Source: Chiloscyllium plagiosum (lineage: Eukaryota). From it: a DNA stretch of 37,786 nt. Made by a program: the position numbers and the translations under genes. The notes beneath the pieces were generated by a model. It worked only from the letters and a program-made list of their open reading frames with translations, did not search any database and had not been told where the DNA came from. The stretch is from NCBI RefSeq assembly GCF_004010195.1, contig NC_057718.1, positions 52,270,518-52,308,303 on the forward strand. The letters run 5' to 3'. Of this stretch, positions 1 through 11,259 are shown in pieces (position 1 is the first letter of the stretch; each line of letters starts with the position of its first letter).

Positions 1-995
1 GTGCTCTGACTGATGAAGGCCAGTGTGCCAAAAGCTTTCTTCACTGTCCTGTCTACCTCTGAATCGACTTTCAGAGAACGATGCACCTGAATTCCAAGGT
101 ATCTCTGTTCCACTGCATTCTCTATGACCCAAACAATCACCATGAAACTCTGACCTTGATTTGACTTTCAAAAATGCAAGAACTTACACTGATCTGTATT
201 AACATCCGTTTGCCATTTTTCAGCCCACTTCCCCAGCTGATCAACGTAGTGCTGTAATTTCTGAAATTTCTGATAACCTTCCTCACTCCCCATGATGCTG
301 CCCATTTTAGTGTCATCTTCAAACTTATAAATCATGCCTGAACATTCGCTTCTAAATCATAGATATATGAAATATGTAGTGGTCCCAGCACCAACCCTTG
401 AGGCATTCTCCTAGTCACAGGCCTCCAGTCTGACAATCATCCTTCCAGTATTACTCTCTGCTTCCCACAATCAAGCCAATTTTGTATCCAGTTTGCCACC
501 TCCCCCTTAATTCTATGCAATCTAACCTTCCAGAGCAGCGTACCATGTGGAAACGGATTGAAGGTTTTACTGAAATCCATATAGACTACGTATACCATTG
601 CTTGTCACTTCATGAAAGAACACAAACAAATTTGTGAGCCATTATCTTCCAGGCACAAAGCCATGCTGACTTTGATGAATGGCTTTTGCCCAAAACAGTG
701 ATTTCATGCTCCGAAACTGCTGTGATTTCCAGTACCGCTCTGATTTTATTCATAAACACACAGTGTCTTTCCAAATGCATGGATATCTTATCTCTCAGAA
801 CCTTGTCAAGTAACCTACCTACTAGATTTTAGGTTTATTGGTCTATAGTTCTCAGAGGTTTTTTGTAGCCCTTCTTGAATTAGGGCACAGCATTCGTTAA
901 CCTCCAGTCCTCCTTGACCTTATCAGTTGGCCAGCGATGATGCAAAAGTGCCAACCAGGACAACCACAATTTCTTCTCTGTCTTCCTACAGTGTT
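1..995 (-). mobile_element. Old, decayed CR1 LINE ORF2 (RT) fragment, interrupted by a Penelope-like piece and truncated by the window start
   Basis: Collinear by eye with the minus-strand CR1s at 11.9-12.8 kb and 33.2-34.2 kb (e.g. tttagtgtcatcttcaaactt = KFEDDT, a decayed KFADDT; aagccatgctgact; cctccagtcctcc); many stops and indels. Confidence 0.85.
672..760 (+). mobile_element. Penelope-like terminal fragment with degenerate hammerhead core, inserted in old CR1
   Basis: tgatgaatggcttttgcccaaaac...ctgctgtgatttccagtacc resembles the element at 3357-3525 and interrupts the CR1 alignment. Confidence 0.6.
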
Positions 996-1007
996 GCTAA
1001 ATACAGT

Positions 1008-1637
1008 GGGGTGAGGAAGGCATATGGCGTACTGGCTTTTATTGGTAGAGGAATTGAGTTCCGTAGTCCTGAGGTCATGTTGCAGTTGTATAAGACTCTG
1101 GTGCGGCCGCATCTGGAGTATTGTGTGCAGTTTTGGTTGCCATACTATAGGAAGGATGTGGAGGCACTGGAACGGGTGCAGAGGCGGTTTACCAGGATGT
1201 TGCCTGGTATGGTAGAAAGATCGTATGAGGAAAGGCTGAGGCACTTGGGGTTGTTTTCATTGGAGAAAAGAAGGTTTAGGGGTGACTTGATAGAGGTATA
1301 CAAGATGATTAGGGGTTTAGATAGGGTCGACAGTGAGAATTTTTTGCCACGTATGGAGTCAGCTATTACAAGGGGGCATAGCTTTAAATTAAGGGGGGGT
1401 AGGTATAGGACAGATGTTAGGGGTAGGTTCTTTACTCAGCGAGTCGTGAGTTCGTGGAATGCCCTGCCAGTAGTAGTGGTGGACTCTCCCTCATTATGGG
1501 CATTTAGGCGGGCATTGGATAGGCATATGGAGGATAGTGGGCTAGTGTAGGTTAGGTAAGCTTGGATCGGCGCAACATCGAGGGCCGAAGGGCCTGTACT
1601 GCGCTGTATTCTTCTATGTTCTATGTTCTATGTTCTA
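1008..1637 (+). mobile_element. Young 5'-truncated CR1 LINE 3' end (ORF2 C-terminus, 3'UTR, TTCTATG tail)
   Basis: Open frame KAYGVLAFIGRGIEF...LYKTLVRPHLEYCVQFW...FFTQRVVSSWNALP; gggccgaagggcct hairpin; TTCTATG repeat tail; CpGs retained. Confidence 0.95.
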
Positions 1638-1818
1638 TAAAAGGGGTCCATCCTATCAATGTACAAGTCATCTGTGATCATTGGTAACACATCTTTGAAC
1701 TCTGCACCAGGTACCCTGGAAGCAGCTTTGATGGCTATATCCTTATGAGCTCTCAGGTAGCTGCTTCATTTCTAGGGCCAGATGCTTTAGAAGGATCATT
1801 ATTGGGAGACAAGAGCTA

Positions 1819-2754
1819 CATTGTGCAACCATGGTTGATGTAAAGACGTTTTATTGTTCTGTGTGTTTTTATTTCCAGACTGATATAGGAAAAGGACTTA
1901 TTAAAGACCAAGGACTGTGAAAGGATTGCTGCACTTTTTAAAAACAAGTTACCTAACATCCATTGAAGATGCTGTTACCTGCTATCTGTTCAAGCAATGG
2001 ACGCAGTTACTACAGAGGGGTTGGAACCAGAGGATGTGGTCACAGGGAGATAAGGCTGGCAACAAGTAGCTGATTGGTCTGTGAAATGGTGACCAGTTGT
2101 TGATGGTCCTTTTCCTGTCAACAACTATGTGATTGGCTCCCAGCTGGCTGAACAGCTTGTGAGTTTATTGTAAATATTTCAGCAGAACACATTGCACACC
2201 CAGACAAGGAACAGCAATATAAAAAAAAAATCAGTCCTGATGAAAGCCATTTTATTTCCCCTGACCAGTTGATGTAAGCTGTAGCTTTTAGCCAATAGCT
2301 CAGAAACTTTATAAGTGTGAACCAGTCACCCTGTATGTCCCACAACTAAGCAAAAGTACATGGAGAAGGAACTTCAAGCAGCAGTAATATCCTGACAAAC
2401 CAAAAGGATCAGCTCAATGAATACTGTAGACAGGGACCATTGAACTACCTTCATAATCTTTCCTGCAGCCAAGGACACCCTTTTTTTTCTCTGTGTCTTT
2501 CTGCATGTGTGTTAGGAGGAGTGTTTTGAGGCTATTAGGAGTTTCAAACAATAGAAACATATGATGATCCATAATTGCTTATCTGTGGCTTGAACCTATT
2601 ATTTCTGTTAAGTACAGAAAACTGGTCTGTACTTTCTGTCAGCCCAAATCTGAAAGAAGGTATGGTGGAGAAATCTGCCCATTTTTACACAGTCTATAAC
2701 TTTTGCGACAACGCTGAGCGGGGCAGGGCTTGATTTGCAATGTGTTGCATAACG
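1819..2754 (+). mobile_element. Probable solo LTR-like repeat
   Basis: Imperfect terminal inverted repeats cattgtgcaac / gttgcataacg (9/11); both ends resemble the 3763-5275 repeat; no TSD found. Confidence 0.45.
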
Positions 2755-3356
2755 CCGATGATTTTGTTACACTGAGTCCAAGTGTAGATGAATGCAGCCC
2801 ACTCTTCGACTAGGGTCATTATGGAGCAAATGACAGGCCTCCTGAAGATTAGGCTCTAATCTTGATTCAATCTGTGGGCTCCTGTAATACACTCCACATG
2901 GATTAATCCTTCCATGTGATATACAAAGCACCATCAGGCAAAAAGGGGATGTAATGGATATTGACAGGTTAAGAGAATGTGACAGCAGATTTCCAAGGAG
3001 GAGGCAGGGAATACTGGGCAGGAACAACATTATCTTCGGCATGACAGAGTGGTGCAGTGTCAGAGGAAACAATCCAGAAGATCCAATAGCCTAACAGAAT
3101 TGGGGGAATGATCATTTATTGACTGTAAATATGTTGCTGCTTGAAATGCAAGCAGTCTCTGTTTAATGCAGGAAGCAAATGCAGCTTTTGTTGCTTTCTT
3201 TTTTCTGTATTTTCCCTGTTGTTTAATGTAAGTAATGTTGTCAACTCTTTGAGGGCTTTCTAGCATGTGTTGCTTCTACATTGAAAAACGACAATACATT
3301 GTACTTTGCTGGTGTTAGGGAAATAGTACCACTTCCTTAGACCAGATTCTAACATG

Positions 3357-3525
3357 AGTGTGGTGCTGGAAAAGCACAGCAGGTCAGGCAGCATCCAAGG
3401 AGCAGGAGAATCGATGTTTTGGGCATACGCCCTTCATCAGGAATCAGATGCTGCTTTACCTGCTGTGCTTTTCCAGCACCACACTATCGACTCTGATCTC
3501 CAGCATCTGCAGTCCTCACTTTCTC
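3357..3525. mobile_element. Non-autonomous Penelope-like insertion with inverted terminal segment and 15-bp TSD
   Basis: Inverted arms 3357-3395 / 3447-3485 (37/39); flanking direct repeat ccagattctaacatg (3342-3356) / ccagagtctaacatg (3526-3540); hammerhead-like core in the loop. Confidence 0.85.
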
Positions 3526-3762
3526 CCAGAGTCTAACATGGTCCAAGTAATAATACATTTATGAATCTGAGTTCCTATTTGCAATGAATTGTCACACATG
3601 CCACCGATGTGTCTTCCAAAGCTTTTTATGTTTCATTTCTCTCTCATTACGTGAAGGATTAGTTATGACTAACAGATATTGACCTGGTACACAGTGGGTC
3701 TTAAATATTGCACCAATGGTCAATCTCTGAAGCTACCAGCAGTGGCAGAGAATGCTTTCATT

Positions 3763-5275
3763 ATTGTGAGTGCAGCTGATATCAGATTTTTCATGTTTCT
3801 GTTTTTAGAACCAGAGGCTAAGATAAGAAAGTGCTATTTTGAAACTAATTTTAAAAGGTTTGCTGTAAATTATGGATAGAAATTGGCCCAACACCCATGT
3901 AAACAAAATTTTGAACAAGCAATAATTAGATTTTGAGTCACAAATGAGTTGGTGCCAAGGATGTAACAATTGCAGTTTTTCCTAAAAACAAGACGTCTAT
4001 GGACCAGTGACCACCTGTCAATAGCAGAGACATTCTTGCTTGTCAATAACCATTCAATTGGTTCTCAAGTGACTGAACTGTTTGAAGCTGGCAACAAGTT
4101 ACAAAAAGAGAAGTGTTGGTTTTGATTTCCAGCTCAGGAACAGTCTCTCTCTGTTCTCTGCAGTAAAAACTCACTAAGGACTTAAAAAAAACAGGTTATC
4201 TTTCATGCAAAAGTTGGTGTAAGCTATGCATTTTAACTGATAAGTCACAGACTTTTTATGAGGGAACCGACATCTTGTGTCTCTTACTAACCAGTGGAAG
4301 CTTTCAGAGAAAGGCGACTAGAGCAAAGTGCTAGCTAGCAGAAGAATCATAATTATCATCTCAACAACAAAACCTGGGAACAAAGACAACTGAACTGTCT
4401 TTCCAGTCTTTTCCTTCCGTCTGTAACCTATTTTGTCCTGTCTGTTTGTCTGTGTCTAAATGTAAGGGATGATTCTTTAGGATATTAAAATTTTAAGTGT
4501 TAAGTGCTGATGATTTATAACTGTTTACATGTAGATAGATTCTAATTATTTGCAATGTGTAGCAGCCTGCAATGGCTCAAGTGAAATAAAAATTGTTAAA
4601 GGGGAGGCCAGAAATATAGGCATAGTAACTGAAATAAATAGGGCATCAAAATTGGCCATAAAGCAAAGTATGCTGGGAATGGCTGAGACAAAACAGACAC
4701 GAGATCCAATTCTGCCTAGGGGCAAGTCCTTGCAAGATCTAAGCCCAGACAATTGAAAACCAGAGAGGCACCAGAACACATTAAAAAGTGTTAAAGGACA
4801 ATTCAACCCTTCCTGACAAACAAACAGCACCAGATGCATGGGGTGAACATGCTTCAGTAAGACAAAAGACCAAGTGTATATTCTGGGATGAAACCAGACA
4901 TCCAGGCCCAAGAGCAGATACATCAAAGAGGTCACTGTTAACCAAGATATCGAGAGCAATTAGCAGCATTTCAAGGTGATAAAGCCAATTAATTTGATAC
5001 CTTTAATTGGTCAAGTCCTTGGAAAGTTCCAGTAGATATCCAGGAAACTATAAGGACCAAGGCCGGCAGGACCCAGGAAACCTACCTAGAGGTATGTCAG
5101 GATACAGCAGTGACCCTGTTCTAGACAACCCTTGCAATAAGTATTTCTTGTTCAGTGCAGAAAGTTGGTTTGTGCTTCCTAGCAGGTCGAAAAGGCAGGT
5201 AATTTGGGGAGCCTTGCATATTTATAAAATCTTTAACTTTTTATGACAACTTCAGGAAGAGTGGGGCTATATTCC
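3763..5275 (+). mobile_element. Older LTR-like repeat split by the nested solo LTR at 4551-5218
   Basis: Start and end segments resemble those of 1819-2754 (taactttttatgacaac...ggggct vs taacttttgcgacaac...agggct); boundaries approximate. Confidence 0.4.
4551..5218 (+). mobile_element. Solo LTR (668 bp) of an LTR retrotransposon or ERV
   Basis: TGCAA...TTGCA inverted termini; 4-bp TSD TATT (4547-4550, 5219-5222); TATA-like ctataag ~5048 and polyA-like aataag ~5136. Confidence 0.8.
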
Positions 5276-6769
5276 TATCCAATGAATCCACATGCCTTTT
5301 TGTACTTGATTCTAAAATGGTTTGATTGAATGAGATAATGGTGATCACTTGTGGAAGAAAAATCATTTTGATTCATTCCATATGTGCATTCACAATGGCA
5401 CAGAAAAGCATGATTGTAATCCTTTTTTGATATTATTTCTGGACTATATGTGTTACTAAGGGTTTTATATTGAAGTTTACTGAATAGATAGAACAGTATC
5501 ATCAAAATAAATGTCTGGCTGATAGCTAATATAGGGAACGCATCATGAAATAAACTGGAAGATTAGTCTGAGGTAAAGCACTGTAAAGTCGGATATTACT
5601 TCTTAGAATCCTATCCTTTAGACACAGGTCAGATGGAATTGAATGAGTGATTAACACAAGATAGATTATAAATCCCTAGAAATATGGAACATAAATGGGT
5701 TCTCAGAGGTAAACCAGCAGCAGTCTTTTTTCAGATAGAGACTGGGAAAGGGTTTTCTAAAATTTCAGGTAACCCATGAATTCAAAGATAAAGACAAGAC
5801 AAGACAAAGAATAGACAAGATCTCTAGTTGCAGAAATCTGTTTTGTCCACTTGGTTGCCTGGACTATTCTTACCTGTGATTCATTATATGGTTTTCTCTG
5901 TTCACTCATGTATTACATTTACTCAATTGCTTCTTAATAAACAAATTAATAGCACAACGCAAAAACATGAATGTGCTCAAAAACCTTTTGTGTATAACTG
6001 GTGTCATCCATATTGAAATCTCTCAATGTTATTCTGCTGAACGTTTTGCTTGTCTTTGGTTCTTTACTTCCCTGTTATAAAAATTAGACACTCGACTGCT
6101 TTCCACAATAGCTCACATATGGATAGCAAAACACTACAAAAAATTTGCAAATTTTGGTTGAGTCATAGTGAAAGGTACCGTCACACACTTTGGCTGCTGC
6201 TCCAATAACTAATATTTGTATGCTTTGATGTATGCACCTCTGCAAGTGTTCAAGTCGTATAAAATGTTGCATCAATTTAAAGAAGGTTATAGGCCTATTG
6301 CCTGTCATGCAATTCACTACCCTTCTCCAACAGATGGAGTATTTTTAGCCCTCACATATTTCCCTACATACAGGAGGGATATCTCTGGATTTCACAGACA
6401 TGATAATCTTCCCATATCTAAGTAGCAGCGGATGTTTTCTTGAAATAGCCATTGGTTCTGTACTTTAATGGGCAAATAAACAGATTTGCTAGTCTGCTAT
6501 AACAATGTAACTGTTATTTTCTTAAATCAGTTGAACAAGATACTTTGGCTAATCACACATGCAACATTCCCTTTGAGTTATGTGGCTGTCACTCTGAGAG
6601 TCTGCAAATGCTAAATAATGTTGATGCATTCACTTCTGGTTTCTCCAGTAGTTGTCATGCACAGACATCAGAGGTACACAGAGCAGCTGGACAAAATGGA
6701 GGAAATGTAGACCACGTGTATAATTATATAGTTAGGTTATCCACACAATTTTTAATTTCAATTGATTAA

Positions 6770-6960
6770 AATAATCCTTCAAGCAATATTATAAAAACAA
6801 ATTACCTGATTATCATAAGGGAACTTGCTGTGAACAAATTGAATGTTCAGCTGTCTACATTACAACAGTGACTAGCCTTCAGAACTATTTCACTGGTTGT
6901 GAAGCATTTGGGATACCCCGAGGTCATGATAGTGACTACACAAATGCAGGGTCCTTTTTT
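6770..6960 (+). mobile_element. Deu-domain (SacSINE1-like) SINE 3' relic
   Basis: cttgctgtg...ctacattacaacagtgacta...gaggtcatga...aaatgcagg, recognised from memory as a shark Deu-SINE 3' part. Confidence 0.6.
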
Positions 6961-7752
6961 GTTGAACAACTAGCTTTGTCCCCCAAGACTTCTGTTGATT
7001 ATTGATTATATTCTCACAAAAATGAATTTGAAAAACTAAAACTGCACTTTTCATTCTTCTGTAACATTGCAACACAGTTTGACAATCAATGCAAGTAACC
7101 CATCTTTCTATCCCTTTGACACATCTCACAGTTAAATATTTATCAGTTTTCAAAAAATAAACAAAACATTCACATGCCATTCACTCTTACTGCTTCACTC
7201 TTAAAACACTTCGGTTGATTGTTAATTATTTTTTCTTTTTCAATTACTCTCATTGAACAATGATCCATATTAACTACAAGTTTTTTTTTTGCTTGTGGTA
7301 TTTTCTCTTCGAATTATTTTTAATTTCTTAAACTCTGGCACATTAGCTACAATACATGAGGAGACATGTGCACAACTCAGATGAACAGTCAGTCAATTTC
7401 AATATGCTGATCACTGCATTACAACTACATGGCGTTCACAATTTAACTGCTGATCCAGGGGTTCATGTAATCCCTAATATTCAGTGAAATGAAGGCATGA
7501 ACACAATGGAAACTAAGAGAGCTGAAGAAATCACAGGTTATGAATTGGAAATATACCATTACCAGTGACAACATTGGCAAGGAGAAATCAGAGGGGAGTC
7601 CAAACTAAATCATGTTAAGTAATTTGTAAAAAAAAAAGATTTTACAATTTTTAAATGAACATTCTTGGAAGTTTATTTGATAAGTCATCTACACATTGGC
7701 ATGAATTAAAACTGCCGGAGTTGGGATGTTGGAAGCAATCATTATGTAAGAA

Positions 7753-8093
7753 GCACAGAATGTCTACAGTGCTGAAAGAGGCCATTTGGCCTACCAATTC
7801 TGAAGAGCACCTCACCCGGACCCAGAAACCCCACTAGCTCAACTCCATAACTCCACATTTACCATAACTCATCCACAGAGCCTTCACATCCCTGGACACT
7901 GCGGGACAATTTGGCATGGCCAATCCAGGTAACCTGCACATCTTTGGACTGTGTGAGGAAACCAGAGCACTGGACAGAAACTCATGCAGACACGGAAAGA
8001 ACGTACAAACTCCACATAAGCAATCACCCAAAATTAGAATGATACCCAGGTCCCTGGTGCTGTGAAGCAACAGTACCATCCACTCAGCTGCCC
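7753..8093 (-). mobile_element. HE1-like tRNA-derived V-SINE, decayed
   Basis: Reverse complement aligns with the 19614-19999 SINE (V-domain tgtggagtttgtacgttctttccgtgtctgc; gatgtgcaggtta; CR1-like tail). Confidence 0.9.
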
Positions 8094-11000
8094 AATTATG
8101 CATATGATTATATTTCATTTGTTGCCAACATCACATCAGTAGGATTGATTATTCTATGATCCATGGTTAAAGAATATATATTGGTGTCGCAAGATGGTCC
8201 GCTGATATCCGACATCTCCTCTTCCCTCTGCAACCTCCTCTCAGTTAGCCAGTGAATCACCTCAGCATCTCAGCCTCTCTCTTGTTTTCTGTGCTTTCTC
8301 AGCAAGGGAAGGGAATAAGAAACCAAAGAGTTGGGTTTCTTGACCAATTAACACAGAGAGCATGCTGTTGAGTTAATGGACAGAGAGTGTAGGTATCACT
8401 TATGAATAGGCATATGAGGATGTAAAACTGTTCAGAGGGAGAGAAGGCTAGGTGTCCCTGTGAAGTAATTTGTGTAAAAAACGACATTGGTTTGAGAAGA
8501 TGAACCTCCAATGAATGAGGGCAATATAAACATCATGGTGGAGATGAATGAGTTGCAGAACTAAGTTATCCTACCCTGCTTTCCCAAACTGCTTTTGATC
8601 CTGAATCCAGTATGGCGTAATGTTCCTGTAGCTCACCTCATGGGCAACCTTCAGCTGTACCTTCATGGATTCAACTGCCAGCTTCTCCCTCCTATCTGCA
8701 TTCTGTCCGCAGGGAAGAGCACCTCCTTGCTGGAACTCACAGGCCCCAACAACACAGCCTTTGATCCCCTTGATTCCACTCTGCCAATTCCCTGAGTGGC
8801 ACTTTTAATTCAGAAACTCATCAACCTGCACATTTTCAATGTCCTGTTAAAGACTTCAGTTGAATGCAAGTCATCAGCATGCTCTCTGTGTTATTTGGTC
8901 AAGAAACCCAACAAAGTGACTCAGTTAAAAAGACACTGACACATGCCTTGTACTAACATCCTGATTTCCTGTATGCCACTGGACACCCACCTCCCCATTC
9001 CCAAAAAAACTTAAACACTTGTCCTTTTGTCTGACTACCAAACCTGCAATGAAATCCTGCAAGATGCCCAGAAGCACATGGCTAGCACTTTCTTTCTAAT
9101 TGATAGCCTTCATTTTAAAAAAAATCACCAGCTCCTCGACTTACTGCCACTAAATGTGAAATGACCTCAGTAAAGTGATGACTGGGGCAGCCACCAGAAG
9201 ATTCACTGTCAGACAAACTGAAATAATTATCTATTTTCAAATGAAATAACAGAAGTGTGATTATGTGCTCCTTATAAAAAGAAAATGAACATGAAACTGA
9301 GCACAGTTTTTGTTAGTTGCATTAAAAACATTAATTGCCAAAATGCTGAGATTAAGTGACAGGCCCATTTGCAAATACACATTCTTTTGGGAAAGGTTGG
9401 ATTTCCTGCCTGTCGTTGTTTTTAAGAAAATTGATGTGACTGATAAGTCTGACTTATGTCCCATAAAAAATAAATTCCAACTCCAAACTCACATACAAAC
9501 TAAATTTTGCTTCCAAGTCAATTTTGTAAGAGTTGCTACAGAAATAGATTCTAACCTGTATAACCCTTCATTTACATTAAAATAGCTGGAGTTCACCACG
9601 TGAATCACATTGTAGCTCCATAATTCAGAACTAAAGGCTTTTCTAATCCCTTTGACACATCTCACAGTTAAATATTTCTTTTAAATCCTTTATTTACTTC
9701 AGTTATTTTGACAGTGTTCATGTAAAGCAAGCACTGAAAACCCCTCATTATTGTCAAACATTGCATTATGATTTACATAATTTTAGATATTATGATAAGT
9801 TCTTCCAATTGCAGCCAGCAAGTAACTACAAATTAATTTTGAATGATAACTTTAAACAACTCTACAAGACTGTAAGCACAAAGTCATAATGCTGTATTCA
9901 GGCAGGATAGCTGGTGAACACAGTTTGGTGCAGACATCATCATTTCTGGAACCAGGAAACACTATAATGAATAAAGACAATATATAATATGAAAGAAATA
10001 GCATTTTGGCTATTTTTGTCCCAAACAACCTGATGATGAAAAAATCAACCTCTGAAAGAAGCATCACATGGGTAAGTTGATGGTTGCTAAGTAACAATAC
10101 TGCTGAAGGATCCTGAAGGCAATAACACGAAACATATCCAATGCTGTGCAATCAACTGTCAATCAAAGGAAATGACGTAGGCTCTAGTTCAGACAGGGAG
10201 AATGGAAAATATAACTGGCGGAGTTCTGTAGTGTTTGAAAGCAAGGAAAAGAAAGATTTTGTCATTTAAACAGCAAAACAACAGGCAACAATAAACATCG
10301 AGCCAAAATAAAACCTCAATTACATTTGTGAAACCCACAGCTGGACAAAAAGGTGCTGAAGAGTATTAAAGCATCTCGAGATTGTCATGAAAGAAATGGA
10401 ACTAAGTGTAAATTGCAGCAAGCATGTCATAGGCCTTTTTTTGTTGACTTCATCTGCCTGCATTACCACCTTCAGTGATCTGTGGGACTAAGTATGAATT
10501 GCAGCAAATATATATTTTCAGAGTGATTAAATAATGGTTCCTTTACAAAACTACATGTATCAGTCTCAATGAAATCATATGGTTCAAGCAGCAAGTTGAA
10601 CCTATCATAATGAAATTCACCACGACTTACTTTTACAATTTTTTTTCACCCTTTTCTACATTCATTGCATCTGAAATACATGACATCTTGAAACATGTCG
10701 TGAAGAAATTGTATGTGAAGTCTATAATACACTGCAGAAATCCTTGCTGCTGCTACCATACACTCTATAATTTCACACTGCAAAATAATCGTACAAAACT
10801 AAGCATGCAAAGCCACTGCCCTTTGCCCTGCAAAAGGCCCAACTTGGCATGATCATCAGTTACTCCACTGGTGCAAACAGTCAGAAAGAATACTCGCTTG
10901 TAAACTATCTCATGAATGACTAAGGTCAGCTCATAAGAGTCCTCTTGCAGAAAAGAAGGTTGGTGATGGACTGTCTTATGATATAATTCATGTACAATTG

Positions 11001-11259
11001 ACAATTGGGAATCACTTTTCCTTTCCCATCACCTCTGTCCCAATTTTCTTGTACTCTGTGTCTCGCAAATGGTTCTACATAATTATCTAACTCTTCTATA
11101 TCTCTGAGTTGGATATGTCTGAGTAGTTGTTTAGCAGGATGAAGAGTATTGTCTAATCCTCAAGGATGCAAAGAGACAAGATTGAGCTTCCTCTAATGGA
11201 GTAAATGGAAAAACATGACAATGGTGTCCTTCCAATACAAGTTCAGAAATATAGCTTTT

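Noticed and set aside
927..1550. 207-aa ORF as a host gene
   Set aside because: Chance fusion of old antisense CR1 sequence with the ORF2 tail of a young CR1
4546..5246. Overlapping ORFs of 62-137 aa
   Set aside because: They lie essentially within the solo LTR and show no recognisable domain
5580..6010. Further LTR-like stretch with AATAAA
   Set aside because: No termini or TSD could be defined
8500..9230. Possible decayed DNA-transposon (Harbinger-like) relic
   Set aside because: Only vague recalled similarity; no TIRs or transposase motifs verified
10625..10780. Minus-strand exon-like segment with GTAAGT donor
   Set aside because: All three frames stop before the donor; no recognisable peptide
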